Of a DNA stretch of 64,000 nt, positions 40,512 through 49,424 are shown piece after piece. The stretch lies in the sequence record NC_009760.1; one strand, given 5' to 3'. The notes below the pieces were generated by a model that saw only the letters and a list, made by a program, of their open reading frames with translations, made no database searches and had not been told where the DNA came from. The translations under genes were made by a program, and so were the position numbers. The first letter of the stretch is position 1; each line of letters starts with the position of its first letter.

Positions 40512-42571
40512 TGATACGAGATACACAACGAGCATTAGTTCAAAAGGAAGTATTACAATCCAAGTTGCGTGAAGGCATTAGCCCTAGCGCTCTTGTGATT
40601 GACCAATTGGTACAGGAAGCATTCCGTGTAAAGCCTGAGGGCGTACCACGTTTTACTTACCGTGAAATGCCAAAGGGTCAAGTATCTTCCGTTGAAGATT
40701 ACAATACTCTATTTAAAGAATTGGGATTCGATTTAGAGGTAGCCTTTGAAGAGAATCGTTATTTAAACAATCGTCTGATGGCGGTTACGTCGTACTACGA
40801 AACAGAACGTAGACGTATTAATAAAGAGTTAGCACGTATTACAGAAAAGACGAAGTGGGTACAGATGAAGCAAGAAGCTGCTACGAATACAGAAGTAGTT
40901 GGCGATACGTTGCAGAACTTCCTGCACATCGACTTTCACGGGGACGAGAAGCGTAACATCCCGCAGACAAATGCATTCGTTGATTTAGTCAACAGCAATG
41001 TACAGATGATGCGAGTAGCGAAACAGACGATCAAGCACGACTTAACAAAGGCGAAGCTAAACTTCTACGCTGAAAGTCCGGAGTTCCCTATCATTCATTT
41101 AACACCAGTCGAAAGTGCCATGCAGGATACCATCTATGATTCATGGAGAGCTATCGTGATAAATAAACTGGCTACCAATCTCAATTCATTCCTTGATGCA
41201 GAACTGCCTGAACCAGTGCCGGCAACGAATGTTTCGATTGATACGCAAGTCGGGAATCCCGTATTCGTTACACTCTTCTTATCAAAGGACGGGAAAGTAT
41301 TCTTACCACTGGAACGTAGAAAAATTATTAACACGTATCAGTGGAACTTTGAACGACAAGAGGTAAAGGCAATACGATTCCAATTCGAGAAGAAGGAAGA
41401 AGATAGAGCGAACGGCAGTGACTATGAATACTTATTCGGAGCGAAGAACATTACACTCATGGAAGAGAAGTACATGGATAAGTCCTATTTTGTATCACAA
41501 CCATTTGACCTACCTGACCATGAAGACATTGAAAAGGTATCACTAGAAATTGATGACCTAACACCAGCAGGTACAAACATTCGCTACTATGTGGGACGAG
41601 ATTACGAGGATAACGTAATTGAATGGGAAGAGTTGCGTAAGGATAGACCGATTGTCAGTGACCAAATCAAGAGTCGTCGTATTGATATTAATAAGTACAC
41701 GCCGGGATACGGTAAGCTGATTAATGAAACGTTCGGTCAGAACTTCCATGCGATTGCAACACTACCGCACCGACCACTCAAGAAAAGCATGAAGCTGATG
41801 ATTGGTCGTAACATGTGGCTACGTGAAACGATACCTGCACCTTTTACACACGATGCCAATGATGATACAAACAAGACTGTTTATCAAACATCGGTAAAGG
41901 ACTGGGTGAGGATCGGCACGCCGAAGAAAGAATATGTACGTGTAAACAACAGAGTAGACTACTTGCAGAAGGATACCTTCCAGCGTTACACGACATTCAT
42001 CTACATGGATGACCCGCAGAACTATCGTGCGATTATCAGTACAGGAGAGAACTCCTCACACATTGCTTTATTAAACGGAGCAGAACTGAAACTTGTGGGA
42101 GACAATTACAACCTATCCTTACAAAAGGGATGGAACAAACTACAGGTGTATGCATATGCACAAGACATTGGAGAAGAGATTGTTTTAGACTTCTTTACAC
42201 CGCAAATGTCATCACGTATCTATGCTGATAAAAACCCTCTTCAACAGGTGTCAATGTATGATATGCTAAATAATACGAACAGTCGTCTGAATGGACGATT
42301 CGCCGTAGATGAGAACAACAACGTCGTCGTGAACTATCACCCTCGTATTGCAGATGTCGCACACGGTTTAACAAAACCAATGGGGCAAACACTAGAGGAA
42401 GCACAAAACGGCGTACAGCTTGCAGAGGGCGTGGAATACACGCTTCAATATAAGTATTCTCTACGTAAAGAACGACACCATAAGCTACGCTTTATGGGTA
42501 TCTTAACGAAAGAGAAAGAACGTATTGAAACAACTCCTAGCTTCAAAGGTTACAAGTTGATTGTGGAATAG
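40511..42571 (+). CDS. Baseplate/tail structural protein, paralog family
   Basis: Heptads, GDTLQNFLHID, YVSQPF-type segment, terminal TPSFKGYKL. Confidence 0.6.
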   Translation: MIRDTQRALVQKEVLQSKLREGISPSALVIDQLVQEAFRVKPEGVPRFTYREMPKGQVSSVEDYNTLFKELGFDLEVAFEENRYLNNRLMAVTSYYETERRRINKELARITEKTKWVQMKQEAATNTEVVGDTLQNFLHIDFHGDEKRNIPQTNAFVDLVNSNVQMMRVAKQTIKHDLTKAKLNFYAESPEFPIIHLTPVESAMQDTIYDSWRAIVINKLATNLNSFLDAELPEPVPATNVSIDTQVGNPVFVTLFLSKDGKVFLPLERRKIINTYQWNFERQEVKAIRFQFEKKEEDRANGSDYEYLFGAKNITLMEEKYMDKSYFVSQPFDLPDHEDIEKVSLEIDDLTPAGTNIRYYVGRDYEDNVIEWEELRKDRPIVSDQIKSRRIDINKYTPGYGKLINETFGQNFHAIATLPHRPLKKSMKLMIGRNMWLRETIPAPFTHDANDDTNKTVYQTSVKDWVRIGTPKKEYVRVNNRVDYLQKDTFQRYTTFIYMDDPQNYRAIISTGENSSHIALLNGAELKLVGDNYNLSLQKGWNKLQVYAYAQDIGEEIVLDFFTPQMSSRIYADKNPLQQVSMYDMLNNTNSRLNGRFAVDENNNVVVNYHPRIADVAHGLTKPMGQTLEEAQNGVQLAEGVEYTLQYKYSLRKERHHKLRFMGILTKEKERIETTPSFKGYKLIVE

Positions 42572-42582
42572 GAGGATGGAAT

Positions 42583-42831
42583 GTGAAGTATCCTGAGATT
42601 GTAAAAACCAATGCTCGTTACCGTGGCCCACGAGAAAGTCGTAAGCAAAGTAATTCCAAACGTGACATAGAAGCATCTCTCTCGGTGCTTAGAAAAGAAC
42701 TAAGCGTGAGAAGAAAAGTTGGAGAGGAACTACGTAAAGACATGTTTACATTGTATAATGAAACTATACCCCGTCAGCGTACCGAAGTAATTAACGGGGT
42801 ACTCTCTGTGAAAGGAGGTGAGTTACAATGA
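42583..42831 (+). CDS. Small structural protein
   Basis: GTG start after AGGAGG; NARYRGPRES resembles SERFRSKAES at the start of the next gene. Confidence 0.55.
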   Translation: MKYPEIVKTNARYRGPRESRKQSNSKRDIEASLSVLRKELSVRRKVGEELRKDMFTLYNETIPRQRTEVINGVLSVKGGELQ

Positions 42832-44024
42832 CACATGCGCCGTTTTATAGCGGACAATCAGAACGCTTTAGAAGTAAAGCAGAATCCAGTAGGTACAACC
42901 AGCACGTTGACGAAACGCTATACGACATCACGGAGCTATGTAATATAGCAAATGAGCTAGAAAGGGAACAGGAACGGACAAGAGCATTCTTCGAAGTCGG
43001 TTCTCATTTCGCTCAAGAGCAGATGGATCAGATGAAGCGTGAGCTACAAACTCTACAGGAAGATATGACTGCGCTGCAACGTCCCGGTAAAGAATACATC
43101 AAAGTATTATTACCGTCCGATGCAAGGCACGACAGTAGTGTTGATGAATATGAGAGAGCCTTAATCGACTTACAACATGACATCATCACGCTTCCGTTCT
43201 CATCTTATTCCAGTTCCAAGCTATATATCCACGACGATATAGACTCGGAGTACATCGTACCGAATACACTTCGTTATGACATTACACCGAAAGCGGATGG
43301 AATCACAATCAAGGAGAACGACTTCATTGATGCGTTAACCCCGGATGACACTAAGTTTTGGCATCGTAGTTATACATACTTCTCCGGTTTAAAGGACTCG
43401 GTAGATGCACAGATCATCGTGGAACTACCTGACGACATTATTTCAAACCGTGATGTAAACACGATATTTATTCATCCGTTTCCATTAAATACGATGGACA
43501 TCATGAATGTAGAGTATCAGTTGGATGCAGGTTGGAAATCTGTACCCGGATTTAAACCAATCGAGAATGCAGGGAATGTAAAGTTCTGTTTCCCACCAAC
43601 TGAGATACGACAAATACGTGTTAGCCTTCGTCAGCGTCACTTTGTTACAAAAGGGAATCAACATACATTCCATATGGGGATTCGTGAGATTGGCGTTTCA
43701 CACAGTGACTATCAGCTTGAGGTAGCACGATTTGAAATACCTGTCTCATTCAATAATGCTTTTCTAACAAAAGAGATTCTCGATATACAACCGGTATACC
43801 AAAACGAGCAAGCATTGTCTGTATACCAAAAGGAAACAAAACTCACATCCTTTAAAGTATATGAGATAGGAGAGAACGGCAAAGAACGATACTTAAATGA
43901 TACCTTCCCTGTTCAAGTGAGAGAGAAGAAAATACTCATCAAGTGTCTCATTGCCTTCGACCCGAACACTCGAACCGCACCTGCGATAAGAGGCATCGAG
44001 TTGACATACAAAGGCGACTCGTAA
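42828..44024 (+). CDS. Structural protein (coiled coil plus beta-sandwich), paralog family
   Basis: Heptads, DALTPDDTKFW, terminal APAIRGIEL. Confidence 0.58.
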   Translation: MTHAPFYSGQSERFRSKAESSRYNQHVDETLYDITELCNIANELEREQERTRAFFEVGSHFAQEQMDQMKRELQTLQEDMTALQRPGKEYIKVLLPSDARHDSSVDEYERALIDLQHDIITLPFSSYSSSKLYIHDDIDSEYIVPNTLRYDITPKADGITIKENDFIDALTPDDTKFWHRSYTYFSGLKDSVDAQIIVELPDDIISNRDVNTIFIHPFPLNTMDIMNVEYQLDAGWKSVPGFKPIENAGNVKFCFPPTEIRQIRVSLRQRHFVTKGNQHTFHMGIREIGVSHSDYQLEVARFEIPVSFNNAFLTKEILDIQPVYQNEQALSVYQKETKLTSFKVYEIGENGKERYLNDTFPVQVREKKILIKCLIAFDPNTRTAPAIRGIELTYKGDS

Positions 44025-44048
44025 TCTTCCCTTGAGGGGGTTAACACA

Positions 44049-44456
44049 ATGAAACCATTACGAAAAATACGAGATTGGTATAAGCGTGCCTTTCACAATG
44101 TAAAGATTATCGAATCAGCAATCGTAGGTTGCTTATTATGGTGGGCTTTCATTTTGATTGTGCCGTTAAATACATTTGAAACAAGTATTGCATATGAAGC
44201 GATGGCCGGAATCGCAAGTGAGGAGGTGTGGTCTGGTGCATTCTTCATTGTTGGAATACTGGCACTCTATGGTATGCTGACAGAGCGTTATTGGATCCGG
44301 CAGGTTGCGTTAGTTTTATCTAGCGGGCTATGGTTCTTTGTAGCGTCCATGTTTGCCATTAGTACATTGGCAACGACAGGAACTGGGATTTATTTCATAG
44401 TAGCCTGTTTAAATGCCTACGTGGTATATAAAGTAGGTGAGGAATATGGGAACTAG
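44049..44456 (+). CDS. Four-TM membrane protein, holin-like
   Basis: Four hydrophobic helices, basic N-terminus, located at the end of the structural module. Confidence 0.55.
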   Translation: MKPLRKIRDWYKRAFHNVKIIESAIVGCLLWWAFILIVPLNTFETSIAYEAMAGIASEEVWSGAFFIVGILALYGMLTERYWIRQVALVLSSGLWFFVASMFAISTLATTGTGIYFIVACLNAYVVYKVGEEYGN

Positions 44457-44730
44457 CGTAATCGTTTCTATCATATCTGGACTTGGCGTAATCGGTGCTG
44501 CTATTCTTTCTTACTTCGGTCAGAAGAAAGGTTCCGTTGCGACGTCCGAGCAAAAATTCCGTGAAGACATTCTTGCACAAAACGAGAAGTTACAACGGAG
44601 AGTAGATGAACTTGAACAGACAATAACCAACATGCGAATTGAGAACCGTAAACTTCAACTCAAAGTCATCGACCTTGAGGATGAAAGGAAAGGTGGTGCG
44701 TCTCGTGAAGTGGCTGACGTTTCTGAATGA
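44446..44730 (+). CDS. Holin-like protein (one N-terminal TM plus coiled coil)
   Basis: ATG 44446; VIVSIISGLGVIGAAILSYF TM followed by heptads. Confidence 0.55.
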   Translation: MGTSVIVSIISGLGVIGAAILSYFGQKKGSVATSEQKFREDILAQNEKLQRRVDELEQTITNMRIENRKLQLKVIDLEDERKGGASREVADVSE

Positions 44731-44950
44731 CGAGGATGGATTCTCATCTAAGGACTTCATAATGGTCGCATTCATTTGTACGTACTTGATTGAGCAGACG
44801 GCAGTATTTATATACTCGTTATATGGTACTGTCGATTCTGACACTCTCAAGATTGTATCTTCATTAGATCCAATCGTCATGACGGTTATTGGTGGTATAT
44901 TCTCTGTTCATGCAGTAAAAGAATTTAAGAAAGACAGCGAGTCAAAGTAA
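44705..44950 (+). CDS. Two-TM holin-like protein
   Basis: GTG 44705 after AAGGTGG; MKWLTFLNDEDGFSSKDF, two TM helices, basic C-terminal tail. Confidence 0.55.
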   Translation: MKWLTFLNDEDGFSSKDFIMVAFICTYLIEQTAVFIYSLYGTVDSDTLKIVSSLDPIVMTVIGGIFSVHAVKEFKKDSESK

Positions 44951-44970
44951 TACATACTCCTTTCACAGAG

Positions 44971-45001
44971 TGGCAGTCCTTCGGGGCTGTCATTTATTTT
45001 T
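44971..45001 (+). terminator. Intrinsic terminator ending the late module
   Basis: TGGCAGTCC-TTCG-GGGCTGTCA 9-bp stem (2 G-U) with UUCG loop and T-tract. Confidence 0.8.
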
Positions 45002-45012
45002 ATGTCATAAAT

Positions 45013-45052
45013 AAAAAATGTTACAAAAACCGTTGAAAAAGGTTACATAAAA
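45013..45052. repeat. Imperfect direct repeat AAAAA-K-GTTACA-W-AAA, period 22 bp (candidate operator)
   Basis: GTTACA at 45020-45025 and 45042-45047 with matching A-tract flanks. Confidence 0.6.
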
Positions 45053-45061
45053 AGATATACT
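45033..45061 (+). promoter_or_regulatory. SigmaA-type promoter of the replication operon
   Basis: TTGAAA (45033-38), 17 bp, TATACT (45056-61); AT-rich UP element. Confidence 0.8.
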
Positions 45062-45098
45062 ATAGTTAGACATCTATTACCTGAAAGGGGCAAATACT

Positions 45099-45797
45099 TT
45101 GAACATAAACGAGTGTTTTCAAGTGTCGCATTATGAGGTTGATAAGAACCTTCGCAAGCTGATTGATGAACCAGTAAACGAGGATTTAATCGACAAGAAT
45201 AAATATGCTAATAATAGCGAGTTTGTACCTGATAGTATTTACAAGCGTGTGCTAAATAAAGCAACGAACTATCAATGGTCATTCGTACCGTACGACATCT
45301 CTACAGTAGAAGGGAAATACGTACAGTTCATTGGCTTACTGATCGTACCGGGCTACGGTGTACATACTGGTATTGGAACACAGAAACTACAAAAGACGGA
45401 TAACTCCAATGCACTATCGGCTGCTAAGACATACGCCTTCAAGAATGCTTGTAAGGAGATGGGTATCGCACCGAACGTTGGCAACGATGACTTTGATGAA
45501 GCATTGTTTGAGAACTTCGACGATGATGAAATTGAAGTAGAGGAAAAGCCAAAGAAGAAGCCGGTCAAGAAGGAAGAAAAGAAACCGGCAAAGAAGCCAG
45601 CTAAGAAAGAAGCCAAGCCTTTAAAGGAACGTATCGAAGAGATTCGACAGGCTTATGAGTTGGACGATGATGACTTCGTAGCATTCATTCAGATTTGGGA
45701 TGAGAATATCATTGACCTAAAAGATATGGATGATAAGAAATGGAAAGCATTCTTACAAGATGTAGAAGAGAATCCAGAGGAATACGAAGACTTCTAA
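45099..45797 (+). CDS. Rad52/Rad22 (Sak)-like single-strand annealing protein
   Basis: TTG start after AAAGGGG; YKRVLNKAT..WSF...G.G...ALSAAKTYAFKNACKEMGI resembles the Rad52 A.K.A.TDA.KRA...FGI motif. Confidence 0.65.
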   Translation: MNINECFQVSHYEVDKNLRKLIDEPVNEDLIDKNKYANNSEFVPDSIYKRVLNKATNYQWSFVPYDISTVEGKYVQFIGLLIVPGYGVHTGIGTQKLQKTDNSNALSAAKTYAFKNACKEMGIAPNVGNDDFDEALFENFDDDEIEVEEKPKKKPVKKEEKKPAKKPAKKEAKPLKERIEEIRQAYELDDDDFVAFIQIWDENIIDLKDMDDKKWKAFLQDVEENPEEYEDF

Positions 45798-45800
45798 AAT

Positions 45801-45829
45801 GGGTGGCCTTAACGGGTCACCCCACATTT
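45801..45829 (+). terminator. Hairpin, possible weak terminator
   Basis: GGGTGGCC-6nt-GGTCACCC; poor U-tract. Confidence 0.4.
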
Positions 45830-45858
45830 ATACCTAATTTTACTAGGAGGAAAACTAG

Positions 45859-46548
45859 ATGACATCTATTTACGACATCGTGTATGATTATATGGATTTG
45901 TTTTATAGCGGTGTTCCGTTGGATAAGGAACAAAAGAAGACCATCCATCAAGAAGTAAAGAAACTCCTTCAATCTGGATGGTGTTCTTCTGAGCTTTCTT
46001 CAACATTCAAGATGGTGAAAAGAAAAAGCCCAGACCTGCAAACACTTAAAGCGTCCACGGTGGTGAGAGGTAAGCGTAAAAAGGAAGTGAATTTACTAAA
46101 GCAAGGTAGGTTCTATTTCCACAATGCTTTACGATTGACAAGTCCTCCGCCGAAAAGGGAGATCGACTACGATAGCGGAGAGATTACTTCTATCAGCACA
46201 CCGTACTTTCTCGAAATGCGTGCAAGCTACACCGTGGATGAGTTGGTCGAATACTACGGTAGGCAAATAGGGATTAAACTCCGTAGCCACGAGAAGGCGA
46301 GATACATAGGCAGCTTCAAGTGGCTCCTTAAAACATATGATGTAGAAATGATATTATTCATGATAGATGCAACAGTCAACATGTGCATTGCAGAAGATAT
46401 GCCAATGCCATACAGTCCGCTTGATATACAAAAGTATATGAAGGAAGCGGAACTTGCTTACAACCAAAAGCAAACAGAAACGGTAGTGTCAGGGGGAAAG
46501 AAAATTGTCAGGAAGAAACGGGTTAGACGAAATCGAGTTCGGCGTTAG
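45859..46548 (+). CDS. Hypothetical replication-associated protein
   Basis: RBS AGGAGG; overlaps the primase start by 44 nt. Confidence 0.6.
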   Translation: MTSIYDIVYDYMDLFYSGVPLDKEQKKTIHQEVKKLLQSGWCSSELSSTFKMVKRKSPDLQTLKASTVVRGKRKKEVNLLKQGRFYFHNALRLTSPPPKREIDYDSGEITSISTPYFLEMRASYTVDELVEYYGRQIGIKLRSHEKARYIGSFKWLLKTYDVEMILFMIDATVNMCIAEDMPMPYSPLDIQKYMKEAELAYNQKQTETVVSGGKKIVRKKRVRRNRVRR

Positions 46549-47557
46549 GCTTCCGTCGGGGAAGTTCATACGTAACATATTTAAAACGATTGCTGACATT
46601 CCTGCAATGAGAAAGCGCTATAAGAATCAAGGCGTATACATATCAGCTTACAGCTACGAGAAGGCAACGAAAGAGAAAACAGATGACATGCTTTTATATG
46701 GCAATCTCTACATCGACCTTGATGCTCCTGATATGAAAGATGCAAGTAAGGAAGACGAAGCATTCGAACAGATTAGGGAGGACGGCATTAAAGCCATTAG
46801 CTTCCTATCTGCTATTGTCGGTATCGACGAGGAAATGATTAAGATTTATTACAGTGGTCAAAAAGGAATACATATCGTAGTACCTGCAAAAGTATTCGGC
46901 ATTAAGCCGATGAAAGAACTGAACCATGTGTTTAAGTGTATGGCGAAGGAAATACTCAAGATGAGTAAACATAAAACAATCGACACGCAAATATACGATA
47001 ACGCCCGGTTATTGTCATTGCCGGGAGGTAAGCATCCTGCAACGGGACGCTATAAAATACCTCTAACATATGACGAGTTTCGAACGTTAGACTTTCAAAC
47101 GATTAAGAAGATGTCTCGTAAAAAGAGAAAGCTAACTTATAAACCTGCTAGATACAATACGAAGGCTCATCGAATCTTCCAAACTTACATAACGGATTGG
47201 GAACGTGAGAAACAACAACTATCAAGCAAGAGCAAGAAGGGATATAAATCTACACTGGACTTCTGTCCTCCGTGCATTGAATCTATTCTGAATCGTCCAT
47301 GCCCCGAAGGGTTCCGTAACCATACTGCGGCGGCACTGGCAAGTTACTTTAAGCAACGTGGATTCAGTAAAGATAAAGGATGGAAACAGATTGTACAGTG
47401 GAACGATGAGTACGCCAAGTTACCTGCTAGTGAACTACAAACAACATTCGAGAGTATGTACAACGGGGAGTATACATATGGATGTGCGACACTAGAAACA
47501 CTCGGTGACTGTCAAAAGAACAATTGTAAAATCGGTAAGAGCAAGGATAAGAAATAG
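46505..47557 (+). CDS. Archaeo-eukaryotic primase (prim-pol) with PriCT-like C-terminus
   Basis: TTG start; LYIDLD, YYSGQKGIHI and IDTQIYDNARLLSLPG motifs; PPCIESIL...GFRNHTAAALA. Confidence 0.82.
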   Translation: MSGRNGLDEIEFGVRLPSGKFIRNIFKTIADIPAMRKRYKNQGVYISAYSYEKATKEKTDDMLLYGNLYIDLDAPDMKDASKEDEAFEQIREDGIKAISFLSAIVGIDEEMIKIYYSGQKGIHIVVPAKVFGIKPMKELNHVFKCMAKEILKMSKHKTIDTQIYDNARLLSLPGGKHPATGRYKIPLTYDEFRTLDFQTIKKMSRKKRKLTYKPARYNTKAHRIFQTYITDWEREKQQLSSKSKKGYKSTLDFCPPCIESILNRPCPEGFRNHTAAALASYFKQRGFSKDKGWKQIVQWNDEYAKLPASELQTTFESMYNGEYTYGCATLETLGDCQKNNCKIGKSKDKK

Positions 47558-47568
47558 GGGGAGCAGTC

Positions 47569-48609
47569 ATGCCAGCAGTTGCAGAACGTAAACAAAGAAA
47601 GAAACGTCCAATAGATAGAAAGTATATCAAGAAAGCGCCAAGCGATTTAAGAGACTACGAGTTAGAACAATGGGAAACACTAAATGACTTTGAAGAGAAA
47701 GCATGGAGTGAACAGAACAAAGGTTTATCAATGGGTTGGAAGTCAATGGATCAAGCGATAGGTGGACTCCAAACGGGGTTCCACGTTATCGGCGGTGATT
47801 CCAACATTGGTAAAACATCATTCATTTCACAGATGGCATGGAACGTAGCAACGGTTAATCCTGATGCATACGTTATCGACATTTCGCTCGATGATCCTAT
47901 GCTTGATAAAGTATCTCGTGTTATTGCCGCAGGTCAGAAGGTACTGATTAACTCGGTAAAGACACCACGACTATACAAGAAGTATCCGAAGATGCTACAA
48001 CGTCGTGCAATTGGACTAAAGCAACTGCGTGACATGGTTGACCGCTATAAGACTTATGACCAAAATCATAGCTCTAATATCGAGGACATTAAAGAGACTG
48101 TCAAACGTCACATCGTAGAGTTAAAGCAAGCAGGAGAAAAACGTAAGGTTGTTGTCTTCATTGATAACTTCCATGACTTAACGACAGAAGCTCGTGAAGC
48201 ACAAGGCAGTGACAAAGCAAAGTATACATACCTAGCATCATTCGTTGCAGATATGGCGACTGAGTTAGACATTCCTGTAGTATGTTCATGTGAGTTCAAG
48301 AAGATTAATGGTTTCCGCCGTCCATCTATTGATGATATGCGTGAAGCTGTTAAAATAAAATATGAAGCGAAGTCAGTTATGCTTTGCTACAACGAAGTAT
48401 CACTAAAAGGTGAAGCTGCTTCCGTTTACTTTGAGAAGGCTAACGACCCTGAGAAACAACCTGTATACGAAGTGAAGTTCGCGAAGAACAAATACAGCAA
48501 GTTCAAAGGTCGAGTATTCTTCGAGGGGTATCCTGAAATGGCGTACTTCGTAGAAGCCGACGAAGCTTCATCTCAACGCTATAACAATGTTATCTATAGC
48601 AATGAGTAA
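47569..48609 (+). CDS. dnaB: DnaB-like (SF4) replicative helicase
   Basis: GGDSNIGKTS Walker A, VVVFIDNFH Walker B, RRPSIDDMREA...IKYEA. Confidence 0.88.
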   Translation: MPAVAERKQRKKRPIDRKYIKKAPSDLRDYELEQWETLNDFEEKAWSEQNKGLSMGWKSMDQAIGGLQTGFHVIGGDSNIGKTSFISQMAWNVATVNPDAYVIDISLDDPMLDKVSRVIAAGQKVLINSVKTPRLYKKYPKMLQRRAIGLKQLRDMVDRYKTYDQNHSSNIEDIKETVKRHIVELKQAGEKRKVVVFIDNFHDLTTEAREAQGSDKAKYTYLASFVADMATELDIPVVCSCEFKKINGFRRPSIDDMREAVKIKYEAKSVMLCYNEVSLKGEAASVYFEKANDPEKQPVYEVKFAKNKYSKFKGRVFFEGYPEMAYFVEADEASSQRYNNVIYSNE

Positions 48610-48623
48610 GAGGAGGTGACAAT

Positions 48624-48848
48624 ATGAATGACCAATTCTTTATCGGCGTACTTCTCCTAATGTTCTTTTGTGTTCTATTAGGAGTATGCGCAACGATGGC
48701 AGTGTATAAAACATACCTCTATCGCAAGAAGAGGGAACTATCACTACAGATCATCGAAATCAAATTGCTTAACAAGCAGAACGAACGCAATCAGAACGTT
48801 GTCAAACCTGACTATGATGAAGATGACTGCGAAGGCTTGTTACCATAA
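48624..48848 (+). CDS. Small single-TM membrane protein
   Basis: FFIGVLLLMFFCVLLGVCATMAVY; RBS GGAGGTG. Confidence 0.6.
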   Translation: MNDQFFIGVLLLMFFCVLLGVCATMAVYKTYLYRKKRELSLQIIEIKLLNKQNERNQNVVKPDYDEDDCEGLLP

Positions 48849-48865
48849 ACTAAGGGGAGGAATAC

Positions 48866-49159
48866 ATGATGAAAACGAACCAAAACTTTTTTGAGGAACG
48901 TATCACGGATGAGCAGTTTGAAACATTGAAGACAAAAGGTCTTCGAGGGGAACTAGAAGCTGCTAATCCGATTGATGCTACGAAGGTTACATTTGAAAAA
49001 GCAATCTTCGAAAGCGAGAAGCATCTCCGTGCTAAAGAAGAACAGTTGGATGAGCTTCTTAATAGTTTAACAAGTATGCACAGCGCTATTAAGAAGGAAA
49101 AGGTTAAACAGGATACGCTGATTAAAGATTACAAAAAGAACTTTCCGGAGGCGAAATAA
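48866..49159 (+). CDS. Hypothetical coiled-coil protein
   Basis: RBS GGAGG; C-terminal heptads. Confidence 0.6.
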   Translation: MMKTNQNFFEERITDEQFETLKTKGLRGELEAANPIDATKVTFEKAIFESEKHLRAKEEQLDELLNSLTSMHSAIKKEKVKQDTLIKDYKKNFPEAK

Positions 49160-49160
49160 T

Positions 49161-49424
49161 ATGAGAGCAAAGGGGCGCATTAATCTTACAGGTGAATTAC
49201 TAAAAGGGATGCTTGGCATTCCAAAGAATATCTCGTTAGATAAAATCTACATTGATGATACTCGTGACGTTGTAAGTGTTGTTGTATCATCTGATGCACC
49301 TGCTTACGTTGGTGATGGTGTACATAATATTCGTCCAGTGACGTTCGATGTGAAAGAAGGACAAGAAGTTCCTACTTGGCAGATTGATACGCTGAACGGA
49401 TTACGTAAAGGGGAATTGAAATAA
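49161..49424 (+). CDS. Hypothetical protein
   Basis: RBS GGAGG; tightly packed in the operon. Confidence 0.6.
   Translation: MRAKGRINLTGELLKGMLGIPKNISLDKIYIDDTRDVVSVVVSSDAPAYVGDGVHNIRPVTFDVKEGQEVPTWQIDTLNGLRKGELK

Noticed and set aside
42748-42760. TGTATAAT inside the 82-aa gene and other intragenic TATAAT hits
   Set aside because: They coincide with Tyr-Asn codons and have no -35 or dyad support
1-44024. Stand-alone contractile injection system (tailocin/eCIS)
   Set aside because: It is contiguous with holins, a full phage replisome, a sigma factor and partition genes, which fits a complete phage better
45003-45047. TnrA/GlnR box (TGTNA-N7-TNACA)
   Set aside because: Half-sites are present but never at 7-nt spacing
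44950-45098. tRNA or structured ncRNA in the longest intergenic gap
   Set aside because: The gap is accounted for by a terminator, a promoter and operator-like repeats; no cloverleaf or riboswitch pattern seen
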